From a virus (Duplodnaviria > Heunggongvirae > Uroviricota > Caudoviricetes), in IMG/VR virus record IMGVR_UViG_3300047554_000527, positions 72,387-136,386 of that record: a stretch of 64,000 bases of DNA; one strand, 5' to 3'. This document shows, piece by piece, positions 17,641 to 26,153 of this stretch. The position numbers and the translations under genes are program-made. Each line of letters begins with the position of its first letter. Position 1 is the first letter of the stretch. The notes beneath the pieces are model-generated. The model searched no databases. It had not been told where the DNA came from and worked only from the letters and a program-made list of their open reading frames with translations.

Positions 17641-17970
17641 TTAGTCGTCTTTGACGTCACCTTCGATCAGCTTAAGAGTCTTAGCAGTATCCTTACTGTC
17701 TCTTAACTTGCGTATTCCGCGGGTAAATTTAGCAGGATCGCCTGCTTTGATGCTGTTTAACAGCCTGCGCTCTAACTCGTATGCAGTTTCCGGGTCAAAG
17801 TTTTCCTTGAGAGATTGAATCAAATTGATAGCACTGTCAATGACATGTGCGGCTCTACTTTCGATCACAGCTTCTGTGTCTTTCTTAAGAGCAATATCGT
17901 TAAGTTCTTCTAATAGACTGCGAGTATGACGCTTCACTATGGTAAATCCTTTGTAATATTTAGCTGACAT
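17641..17970 (-). CDS. Hypothetical protein
   Basis: 109-aa helical ORF. Confidence 0.6.
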   Translation of the reverse strand: MSAKYYKGFTIVKRHTRSLLEELNDIALKKDTEAVIESRAAHVIDSAINLIQSLKENFDPETAYELERRLLNSIKAGDPAKFTRGIRKLRDSKDTAKTLKLIEGDVKDD

Positions 17971-18087
17971 GTTAGTATAGCAAATTGTTTGGACAAATTA
18001 AACTCTTGTAAATTGTGCGATCGCAACATATACTACATAAATACTCAGTAGAAACCATGAGTACTACATTAACACACGGAGAACAAA

Positions 18088-18267
18088 ATGTTAAACACAA
18101 TGATCGGATACATTCAAAAGATGTACGAAGATGTCAAAAAGCCAGTAACCTATGGCACAGAATTAGAAGCATACATTGTTTCTAAAAATCCACAAAATAC
18201 CTACGATGTTGAAGCATTTGCTAGGGAATATGAATCTAAAAACAAAATGGAAGGATGGACATTATGA
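18088..18267 (+). CDS. Small protein, weakly DUF3563-like (59 aa, not in ORF track)
   Basis: SD GGAG; MLNTMIGY...ELEAYIVSKNPQNTYDVEAFAREYE; ATGA coupling to the next ORF. Confidence 0.6.
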   Translation: MLNTMIGYIQKMYEDVKKPVTYGTELEAYIVSKNPQNTYDVEAFAREYESKNKMEGWTL

Positions 18268-18353
18268 AAGCATTTTTAACAACAGTTTGGGAAGTTTTAG
18301 AAGAAATGGGCAAGGCCCGCGCTAAGAATCATACACGCTACGGTTGGTACTGA
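18264..18353 (+). CDS. 29-aa peptide MKAFLTTVWEVLEEMGKARAKNHTRYGWY
   Basis: ATGA overlap upstream and TGATG overlap with the GNAT gene. Confidence 0.5.
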   Translation: MKAFLTTVWEVLEEMGKARAKNHTRYGWY

Positions 18354-18925
18354 TGCACTTAGTCTATAAGCTTCGTCCTAACGAATATTATCGTTATAGA
18401 GAACACCTACTGGCTTTAGATGAAACCAGTAGATATACTCGCTTTGGTTTTATGATCAAGGACGAAACTATTAACCAACTTTGTGACAAATTTGAAACTA
18501 ATCATCAAGAACACAAAATCTTTGTTATTGAAGATGAAGATCTAAGGGTAGTTGCAGCCGGACATATTGCATTAGAAGGCGGCGAAACTGAATTAGCATT
18601 CAGTGTTTTAAAAGAATACAGACAGCAGGGCATGGGCAGTGCGCTAATGGGTCGCACAATAGAATGGTGTCAAAATCGTAATATCAAAGGCGGATGTATG
18701 GTCTGCCTTAGTTCTAACACTGCTATCAAGAAACTGGCCAGCAAACACGGTGTTCTTATTAATGACGGTGGTGAGACGCTGGCTAACATTACTATTCCGG
18801 AATCTACACCTATAAGTGTAGCACACGAAGTAGTTGATAGTAATCTAGCTAGGTTAGACCATGTGGGTAAGATTCAAAGAAAATTCGCCAAGATGTTAAT
18901 AACCCCTTTACTATTCAAGAACTAA
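18353..18925 (+). CDS. GNAT family N-acetyltransferase (start MHLVYK)
   Basis: SRYTRFG, ELAFSV...RQQGMGSALM (acetyl-CoA motif A), N..IKKLA. Confidence 0.85.
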   Translation: MHLVYKLRPNEYYRYREHLLALDETSRYTRFGFMIKDETINQLCDKFETNHQEHKIFVIEDEDLRVVAAGHIALEGGETELAFSVLKEYRQQGMGSALMGRTIEWCQNRNIKGGCMVCLSSNTAIKKLASKHGVLINDGGETLANITIPESTPISVAHEVVDSNLARLDHVGKIQRKFAKMLITPLLFKN

Positions 18926-18988
18926 TCTATATAATAAATATGTAGGCAGAAATACTGCAAACACAAACATACACACAAGGAGAAAAAT

Positions 18989-19213
18989 ATGTTTACACAC
19001 GAAACAATCATCGATTCTATTCAGAACGGTAAAAAGCAACTTGTCAATACATTTGTTCAAGACAAGAAATTCCAAGCAGAACTAATCAAACTTGTAGATG
19101 CTCAAACTGAATTCGCCAAGGGTTCTGTTAAGAGTTCTTTGGCTATTGCCGAAGCACTAGTTGGTCATATCAACAGCCAGTGCAAGACTATGTTCCCAGC
19201 TTATACCAAGTAA
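18989..19213 (+). CDS. Phasin-like small helical protein
   Basis: Amphipathic helix pattern IDSIQNGKKQLVNTFV...LVDAQTEFAK; SD AGGAG. Confidence 0.45.
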   Translation: MFTHETIIDSIQNGKKQLVNTFVQDKKFQAELIKLVDAQTEFAKGSVKSSLAIAEALVGHINSQCKTMFPAYTK

Positions 19214-19241
19214 TCATAACAACACACACAGGAGAAATATA

Positions 19242-19505
19242 ATGAGTGATTTAACACCAAAACTACCAGAAGTAAAATTTAATAAAAACGGATACGAAAT
19301 CCGTACAGACATCCTAGGTATGGCCAAGGATCTTGTACAAAGCGAATACAGCATGAAGTTTCACGGTTGGGAAATGAGTGCAGAGCGTGATTCAACTGGC
19401 CAGATCGTTAGTACAGTTAAGATGCCTGAATTTCCAGGTCTAGACAAAGTTCTAGAAACTGCTGAAAAGATGTACGCTTTCGTTAATACCGGAAATAAAA
19501 AATAA
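19242..19505 (+). CDS. Hypothetical protein (start MSDLTP)
   Basis: SD AGGAG; KNGYEIRTDILGMAK...PGLDKVLETAEKMYAFV. Confidence 0.65.
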   Translation: MSDLTPKLPEVKFNKNGYEIRTDILGMAKDLVQSEYSMKFHGWEMSAERDSTGQIVSTVKMPEFPGLDKVLETAEKMYAFVNTGNKK

Positions 19506-19544
19506 TTATATAAGTCGGCCTAGCCAAATTATAATATAGTATAG

Positions 19545-19568
19545 AAAAAGGACCTTCGGGTCCTTTTT
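19545..19568. terminator. Bidirectional terminator between convergent genes
   Basis: AAAAAGGACC-TTCG-GGTCCTTTTT. Confidence 0.88.
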
Positions 19569-20314
19569 CATTTGCGTACTAACTTAATTAACTGCCATCC
19601 TAGATCAAACTCCCACCAACGCTTTCCAAACTGCGGATCGGATGCATGTGCATGATGATTGTTATGCCATCCTTCTCCTGATACTAGCCAACCTGTAAAG
19701 AAATTGTTAGTGCTACATTCTTTGGTATCGTGCGTCCTATAACCTATTGTATGATTTACAGTATTAATTAAACTGCCGCCATGCCACATTAACAGTGTTG
19801 GTACAAAATATGCATAGATTACTGCTATAGGATCGATTAGATATAGGACAGTAACATATACTAGGTTGGGTATCCAATAATATTTGTGCATCCAAAGATG
19901 AAACTTTGATCTTAGCAAATCCGGAATATATCTAGGACTAGGCGTTTCACACATACTTAAAAACTGAACACGGAAGAAGTTTTTGTATAGAGGACTATGT
20001 GGATCTCGTTCAGTGTCGGTAAAACGATGATGTTCTCTATGTATAGCTACCCAACCTATGCTTGACCCGTTACCTCCTAAAGATCCTACAATAGTTCCCA
20101 GGTATTCAAACCATTTAGGACTGTTAAAAGATCTATGACTCAACAGTCTGTGGTAGGTAACTGTTCCGCCAACTGTTGTGAATACAAAGTAAAGAACTAG
20201 GGCAATACCCCATTGTTGTGCTGTACCCAGGAATAAAAGAATTGCTAGTGCAATATGGGCAAGTATTTGATAAACGATTAAACTGTTTCGACTAGATGCA
20301 AACATAGTGCTCAC
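19568..20314 (-). CDS. Second fatty acid desaturase (delta-9 type)
   Basis: HRLLSH, HREHH, HNNHH His boxes; WWEFDLGW end. Confidence 0.92.
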   Translation of the reverse strand: MSTMFASSRNSLIVYQILAHIALAILLFLGTAQQWGIALVLYFVFTTVGGTVTYHRLLSHRSFNSPKWFEYLGTIVGSLGGNGSSIGWVAIHREHHRFTDTERDPHSPLYKNFFRVQFLSMCETPSPRYIPDLLRSKFHLWMHKYYWIPNLVYVTVLYLIDPIAVIYAYFVPTLLMWHGGSLINTVNHTIGYRTHDTKECSTNNFFTGWLVSGEGWHNNHHAHASDPQFGKRWWEFDLGWQLIKLVRK

Positions 20315-20326
20315 TTTTGAGATTGT

Positions 20327-20450
20327 GGTAGCGAATCACTTTCTCAGCCCAGCAGCCGGGCCACACTTATAACCATAAGGTCCTAAGGTAGTGTGTCCTG
20401 TTCAGGAGGATAAGGAATGCCAGCCATTCCGCATCCTAATTTCGCTAACC
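20327..20450 (-). ncRNA. Candidate multi-branch structured RNA or leader upstream of the desaturase
   Basis: Closing stem GGT(T)AGCGAA/TTCGCTACC encloses four hairpins; no ORF; TAAATA at 20468-20463. Confidence 0.45.
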
Positions 20451-20477
20451 CCTCTATGATATTATTTAATAACTCTT

Positions 20478-20918
20478 TCATTGGCACCAGCTTTGTTTGG
20501 CTTCACCGTAATACTCACGAGCAAAACCGTTACGGATTAATTCGGCACGTAGGCTGACTCCGTTTAGAATGAGGTCTCCCAGGACACGGCCACCAAACTT
20601 ATCCCATCCATAGAGAGTGACTTGATGTTTTTGTGTAGTTGCAACTGCATTCTTAGTAAAGGCTGTTGCGGCCTGTCCTCTCTGATCTTCTTGAGGACAT
20701 TGGGCACGGAATCCTTTTTCGGGTGTATCAACTCCAAAGACTCGGACAGCCAATTCTGGCTTGAGCGGAGCAGGTAGAAAGGGTGCGGCGATCACAACTG
20801 TGTCTCCGTCATTTACGCGAATAATCTTTGCGTCATAGGTTACACCTTGCGGTGTTTTTTGTGCTAAAGCTGGTAAAGCTGTAGCGGCTAATAATAGGCT
20901 TAATAATAGTTTTTTCAT
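20478..20918 (-). CDS. Secreted thermonuclease (SNase-like)
   Basis: Signal peptide MKKLLLSLLLAATALPALA; DGDT, VRVFGVDTPE, DKFGGRVL. Confidence 0.88.
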   Translation of the reverse strand: MKKLLLSLLLAATALPALAQKTPQGVTYDAKIIRVNDGDTVVIAAPFLPAPLKPELAVRVFGVDTPEKGFRAQCPQEDQRGQAATAFTKNAVATTQKHQVTLYGWDKFGGRVLGDLILNGVSLRAELIRNGFAREYYGEAKQSWCQ

Positions 20919-20926
20919 AATTTCCT

Positions 20927-22549
20927 TTAATCTTCGCTCCAAGTCAAGGCAGCAATACAAGGGCTGATTGAGTTAGTGCTTTTTACAGCAATACTTAGCC
21001 AACTGCCTGGCGGTATAGTAATACGGTACTGGCTTAGATCAACGTTGATAGTCCCGTTGATGCCGCAGAAGCCTGTATATATAGGTGTATCTGAAGTGCC
21101 GTTAAATGTACCCGTTACTGTACTCTTAACTTCGTTACAACGTGGAATAGCATAGTATTCGTGTGCGGCAGAAAAGCCAGCTGGTTCAAAATACAGATAA
21201 ACTTCTACAGGGTCTGTGCTTTGTACAGATACACTTAGACTTTTAACAATGGCTTCTTTGGTGTTGAGCACATAGTTACCGTTGTTAGCGCCAGCAATAC
21301 CGTTAGTGACCACAGAATTCTTAATAGTCATCATATGATGAATAACATCTTTTACTAATCCTGTCTTACTTGTCGAAGCAGAACGTGTGAGTTCGTTTAA
21401 GAATACAGTTCCTTCGATAGCCGCATACATACTGCCGCCATATACCTGTATATCTGTAGTGTTGGTTGTATTAACAGCGTTATATGTAACTTTAAAACTT
21501 GGATTTGCAGTATGCGGAATGGTATGTTGATTTACATAATGCTCTCTATGAACATAGACTAATGTGCCAGATAGTTCGTCTTCTATAGCATAACTGATTA
21601 CACCTGCACCTAGCCAACGCATACTAACTTGATAAACATTAAGTTTAGTTGGGTCTAACAACATACCGCTAGGATTGGCATCAATTGTTCCACTGCCGTC
21701 TAACTTGTCAATGTTCCAATCTTCTTGATAAGTCCAGTTATGTGTTTGATTAACACCTGCTTGTACAACAGTAAATGTAGCAGTAGCATTACCTGTGCTG
21801 GTAAAACTAAATGCTCCGTTGGCAACTCCTACTGGCCCTAACCATAGCATAGCACCGTCTGTTTGTTGTACGAGCCAAGTTCCATAACCACCTACACGAT
21901 TAACAATTTCAGTAACTGCGTGTGCGGCTGTGCCTGCCGTTAGTGCTATAGTATAAGCAACACCGTTTAGAGTAATAGTAGCAGTCTGTCCAGCGTTAGG
22001 TGCTGTACCGATAGTCATAGTTAATATTACAGCCTTGCCGCCTGAACTGCGAACAACACCAAAGCGTGTGCCATCGAAGCCAAATCCCACACGGTTCTCT
22101 TGATTGGCAAGTCCGGCAAACTGACTGCTGCCCGCAACACCTGTAGTAAAGCCTGCGGTCAAACGACACTGAATACCTTGTCCTGGACGATAGCGAACAA
22201 ATCTTTTACTACGCAGAACACCATACCCGCCTTGACTAGTTCCCGAATGTACTTTAAACATGCCATCCACTGATCCTGCACTGGATCCTGTACCGTTAGT
22301 GTATGTTTGTATAACATCATTAGTAGTACCGTAGATACCATCTAACTGAATAACTGCGGTTGGTGAGATTGCTAACGGTTCGCCAAATGCTGTTACTTGT
22401 CCGGCAATACCCGGGCCCGATAGTTTAGCCGCAACACGAACCATTGGCTTACCGCCAAGGTCATATTCCATAGCCTTATGGAGGTTAAGCAAGTTAGGAT
22501 CGTGAGGATGATCGTAGTCGGTTGTATTCTGACGAATCTCGTTAGCCAT
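20927..22549 (-). CDS. Virion structural protein
   Basis: 540 aa, G/T-rich beta-type sequence; RYRPGQG ... WLGAG motifs. Confidence 0.55.
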   Translation of the reverse strand: MANEIRQNTTDYDHPHDPNLLNLHKAMEYDLGGKPMVRVAAKLSGPGIAGQVTAFGEPLAISPTAVIQLDGIYGTTNDVIQTYTNGTGSSAGSVDGMFKVHSGTSQGGYGVLRSKRFVRYRPGQGIQCRLTAGFTTGVAGSSQFAGLANQENRVGFGFDGTRFGVVRSSGGKAVILTMTIGTAPNAGQTATITLNGVAYTIALTAGTAAHAVTEIVNRVGGYGTWLVQQTDGAMLWLGPVGVANGAFSFTSTGNATATFTVVQAGVNQTHNWTYQEDWNIDKLDGSGTIDANPSGMLLDPTKLNVYQVSMRWLGAGVISYAIEDELSGTLVYVHREHYVNQHTIPHTANPSFKVTYNAVNTTNTTDIQVYGGSMYAAIEGTVFLNELTRSASTSKTGLVKDVIHHMMTIKNSVVTNGIAGANNGNYVLNTKEAIVKSLSVSVQSTDPVEVYLYFEPAGFSAAHEYYAIPRCNEVKSTVTGTFNGTSDTPIYTGFCGINGTINVDLSQYRITIPPGSWLSIAVKSTNSISPCIAALTWSED

Positions 22550-22551
22550 TA

Positions 22552-22860
22552 TTAGTCTAAATCAACGATGCTGATAGCAGAGTTACTAGCAGATACTGCC
22601 GCAACCTTATCTCCAATTTTAAAGTTAAAGACCATGCAGGCATTTGCGGGAATCTGGAAACCTGTTGAAGTGCTAACAACTGGTGTTGCACCAAACGCTA
22701 CAAATACAGGACTTGCTCCATTAGTGATAGCAATACGTCTTGCTGTTACTGCTGTGCTAGAGCTAACTGCTCCTGCTGTTAAAGCAACTGTTTGATACTT
22801 AACTGTGTTAGTTGCTGTGCTGGCTTCGTCGATACGAAACGGTGAAAAATATTGACTCAT
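22552..22860 (-). CDS. Small structural protein
   Basis: A/S/T-rich 102-aa ORF coupled to its neighbours. Confidence 0.55.
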   Translation of the reverse strand: MSQYFSPFRIDEASTATNTVKYQTVALTAGAVSSSTAVTARRIAITNGASPVFVAFGATPVVSTSTGFQIPANACMVFNFKIGDKVAAVSASNSAISIVDLD

Positions 22861-22863
22861 TGT

Positions 22864-23199
22864 TTATCCTTGATAGTTAGGGTACATACTGGGATCTTTA
22901 ACTCTTAAATCCGCAGGGTGCTTTACATTGCCTCCTGCATCTGTAGTTACTGATTCAATTCCTGCAACTACTTCAGCGGGACTGTTAGCATACTGTTGAT
23001 CACGCTCTGCGCTTAAAATATCAAAGATCTGTTTAAATCTGCGAGGACCGTCATCCAAGACCTGTCCCGGTTGTACATCAACTGCAACTACCGCTGGCTC
23101 TTGTCCAGTTACGGGCGTTACAATCTGTTGTTGCTGTTGTTTGCCGTCAATGATATCAATAAGGCAAAGTAGTTCTCTAATAATATCACTGGCTTTCAT
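22864..23199 (-). CDS. Hypothetical head-associated protein
   Basis: MKASDIIRE start; NSPAEVV...TTDAGG..KHPADLRV. Confidence 0.55.
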   Translation of the reverse strand: MKASDIIRELLCLIDIIDGKQQQQQIVTPVTGQEPAVVAVDVQPGQVLDDGPRRFKQIFDILSAERDQQYANSPAEVVAGIESVTTDAGGNVKHPADLRVKDPSMYPNYQG

Positions 23200-23567
23200 C
23201 GGTTTATTCCTGCGAGCATTTTTAACATGCTCATGTCTATGTTTTCATCTGTAGCTTTAGGCATTTGACCACTATCCGGACTAGCCTGTGCCGAACTGAT
23301 AGTTTCGTAATCGTCCATGGTCAGCACACCCTTATCTTTGATACTGAGCATACGTTCAACTAGATTGTGTAGATCCATGTCTGTTTTTACATCTTCGCGC
23401 ACTAGTTCAAACACACGAATAAGCAAGGGCACATCTAAAGTAACTGTGTCAATTTTGTCTATATTGGCAGCACGATCAGCTTCCTTTTCTAGACGTGCTA
23501 ATAGCGCATCTTCGTAGCTGATGCTTTCTGTCACAGTCTTTTTAGTTAGAGATTTAATAAAGTCCAT
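23196..23567 (-). CDS. Hypothetical protein (start MDFIKS)
   Basis: TAAATA directly upstream; DTVTLDVPLLIRVFE..RED motif; ends MLAGI. Confidence 0.55.
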   Translation of the reverse strand: MDFIKSLTKKTVTESISYEDALLARLEKEADRAANIDKIDTVTLDVPLLIRVFELVREDVKTDMDLHNLVERMLSIKDKGVLTMDDYETISSAQASPDSGQMPKATDENIDMSMLKMLAGINR

Positions 23568-23575
23568 GATAGTAT

Positions 23576-24754
23576 TTACATTCCTGCATCGGCTACTTCG
23601 ATAGTTTCCAAGCGAGCTACCCAACGAATCTGCTGTTCGGATGTTCCCTGTACCTGCAATAGAATGCAGCCAATATTGTTTTCTGTGGTAACACTTACCT
23701 GCCAAGTTGTAGCTGTTGTGCTTTCGACTAAGGTAGGGGTTACAACAGACACTAGATCTGTAGTAGTGTTGCCCACGCCTCTAAAGGCTGTACCTTTAAT
23801 TTCCCAAACTGCAATCTCTGGAGTGTTATCTGTATTGATTTCCTTGGCAACTATAGTACCCTTAAAATACACAAGACTTTCATCTCTTAGAGTAATTTGA
23901 TTGGTAGCAGCAATATTACCTGAGCCATCTGTTGTTAGGTCCATAGGGCTAGTTGTCTGCAGAGTATCTCCACTTAATAGATAGTAACCTGCTTGCATTT
24001 TTGCAATAGAGTTGCTAGCACCACCTGTAGCATAGTGCGGCATGATAACTGCACCGTCAATGCTTCTTGTTGAGCCATTAACACCGCCAAGGATTACGGA
24101 ATAGTCTGAATTATTTCTGTTGTTGTTTCCGCCAATAACTATACTGTGTAATCCTGAGACTTGGTTAAAGCTACCGCCAGAAATAACTGCAAAGTCTCCA
24201 CTGGCCACTTGATCTGCGGCTCCTCTAATCTTTTGCCAATCAACAGCATGTGCTCCGCGAGCATCGCCGCCGTCATCGTTAGTTATTGCGCCATCGCCCT
24301 GTGCTTTAATCACAGCATCGATATTAGTTTGTGTTCCTTGCACTAACAGGCTAACAACGGCAGTTTGACTGCTATCAACTACAGTCTTAGATTCTGCCCA
24401 GTATTGAAGTCCTTCTCTTACACTGATAACTCCGTCAGTGATAGTAATACCGTTACCTATCTTAACACCGCCTAATGTTGCTGTTGTTGCTGTCGTTAAT
24501 GGTTCTGCTGTAATAGTAATATCAACTTGTGATCCTGTGCTAGTTGCAGTAATAGCATTGCCAATAAAGTTAAGAACAGTTGTTGCAGTATTAACTATGT
24601 TACCTTCATCCTTAACAGTAAAAGGCCCGCTGCCTCCTGCAGATTGACCACTAGAACTCACATACCACTTGGTACCGTCCCAGGTATAGGTGTAACCGTT
24701 GGGTGCTACATAGGTATCACCCGGTTGTGGATTTGGTGGAAAACTTAAAGCCAT
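23576..24754 (-). CDS. Tail fibre-associated structural protein
   Basis: MALSFPPNP..GDTY..NGYTYTWDGTKW N-module; [12 protein letters not shown] repeat; SGDFAVISGG trimeric-adhesin-like repeats. Confidence 0.65.
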   Translation of the reverse strand: MALSFPPNPQPGDTYVAPNGYTYTWDGTKWYVSSSGQSAGGSGPFTVKDEGNIVNTATTVLNFIGNAITATSTGSQVDITITAEPLTTATTATLGGVKIGNGITITDGVISVREGLQYWAESKTVVDSSQTAVVSLLVQGTQTNIDAVIKAQGDGAITNDDGGDARGAHAVDWQKIRGAADQVASGDFAVISGGSFNQVSGLHSIVIGGNNNRNNSDYSVILGGVNGSTRSIDGAVIMPHYATGGASNSIAKMQAGYYLLSGDTLQTTSPMDLTTDGSGNIAATNQITLRDESLVYFKGTIVAKEINTDNTPEIAVWEIKGTAFRGVGNTTTDLVSVVTPTLVESTTATTWQVSVTTENNIGCILLQVQGTSEQQIRWVARLETIEVADAGM

Positions 24755-24781
24755 TGCTGTATCCTGTAATTATTGCTGTAT

Positions 24782-25195
24782 TTACCGTTTCTTAAAGTTA
24801 AAGGCTACGCTTATTCTAACCTGATCACTAGTATTAGTCAGAACTCTATGTTCTAATGTGCCTGGAAATACCAGCAGATCGCCCGGTTTAGGGCTCTCTG
24901 TCCAATATGAGCCACCTTGTCTAAACTCTATATCTCCCCCGGGTACCTGTACATACAGCACACCTACCCTAGCCCAACGACTATGACTATGCCAACCCGT
25001 GTGTTCGCCCTGTGTGTTGGCATTAAACCACCACGAATCTATAGGGCCTTGTTCTGCTTCTACTGCTCTATATACAGCGTCAAACCAAGGAAAAGGCTGG
25101 TCAGTGCGTGGTCTACTCTGCCAGCCTCTCGTGCCTCTATCTCTAGAATCTAGATTACGCTGTTCTAGTATGCGATCAACAAGATCATTAGGCAA
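24782..25195 (-). CDS. 2OG-Fe(II) oxygenase (TIGR02466-like); probable TTG start at 25195
   Basis: GWHSH ... GVLYV ... GDLLVFPGTLEHRV ... RISVAFN. Confidence 0.8.
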   Translation of the reverse strand: MPNDLVDRILEQRNLDSRDRGTRGWQSRPRTDQPFPWFDAVYRAVEAEQGPIDSWWFNANTQGEHTGWHSHSRWARVGVLYVQVPGGDIEFRQGGSYWTESPKPGDLLVFPGTLEHRVLTNTSDQVRISVAFNFKKR

Positions 25196-26144
25196 CGTCA
25201 AGTGCCCACTCTGGACCAGGACTGTAGGCAATATATCCATAACCATCTGTGAATGTTTCAATGCTGCCGCCCATTGAACTAGGCTGTTCAAATGATCCGC
25301 TTGCTTCACTTAGGCTAGTTGAAGGAATGATCGAAATCAGTGTATTTTCACCTATAATATGAACCTGTGTGACCTGTCCTAGATTGCCACTGCTGGCTTC
25401 TCTCCAGAACCAACCAGGTTGTACATTGGCTAGATCTGGATAGTTGGCAGTAGTAAAGTAATAGACGTGAGGATTAACAGCATAATCTCTAACAGCAGGA
25501 ATGGCCGAAATAGGACTAAACACAGGGAACGGTGAATCACTGCTCCAGGCAATACCCCCAGATCCCCACGGTGTTCTGTTCTTACCACTAGTATCTAACA
25601 GCATAGATCCATTGTCGATGGCTCTCAATAACAACTCAGTGTCGCTAGTAGAAGCCAATGGTACGTTGGGCACAGTGAAACTGCTACTGCTAAGATTATA
25701 CATAGCGGTACCCTTGACTATTCTAAAGTTTGAAATCCATCCTTTGAATCCTGTCCCTGAGTCAGCACTGATGCCAATATATAAATCACCTGTGGTATTG
25801 GCAATGTCCCCTTCTCTGGCACCATAGACCAAACGCTGACCATCCTTGTATATGCCAAGATTTGATCCGTTGCTGACTATTGCCCAGTGTTGCCAGGTGT
25901 TGTGTGTTATCGAAGTATTTGTAAATACTGCGGTTTCACCCACCCAACCAATGTAAGTTGATTCTAAACTAAATCCCATCGCTTCTGTAGGATAACTGCC
26001 AACGGCAAATACTCTGGGATTACTATGGATTTGAGTAGCGTTGCTCTTTTGAAACCATTCTATGGTCCAAGGGAGGTACGTGCTACCTCCACCTCCACCA
26101 CCGGAGCCTGAACCTCTTGCTAGTATGATCTGTGATATAGGCAT
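25188..26144 (-). CDS. LamG/concanavalin A-like virion protein
   Basis: WTIEWF, WQHWAIVSNG, GIYKDG, GWISNFRIVKGTAMY, TELLL. Confidence 0.8.
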   Translation of the reverse strand: MPISQIILARGSGSGGGGGGSTYLPWTIEWFQKSNATQIHSNPRVFAVGSYPTEAMGFSLESTYIGWVGETAVFTNTSITHNTWQHWAIVSNGSNLGIYKDGQRLVYGAREGDIANTTGDLYIGISADSGTGFKGWISNFRIVKGTAMYNLSSSSFTVPNVPLASTSDTELLLRAIDNGSMLLDTSGKNRTPWGSGGIAWSSDSPFPVFSPISAIPAVRDYAVNPHVYYFTTANYPDLANVQPGWFWREASSGNLGQVTQVHIIGENTLISIIPSTSLSEASGSFEQPSSMGGSIETFTDGYGYIAYSPGPEWALDVA

Positions 26145-26153
26145 ATGAGTTCC

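Noticed and set aside
25195-25309. 122-nt overlap of the 2OG oxygenase with the LamG gene as a possible frameshift
   Set aside because: A TTG start overlapping the LamG stop (GTTGCCTAAT) explains it without recoding.
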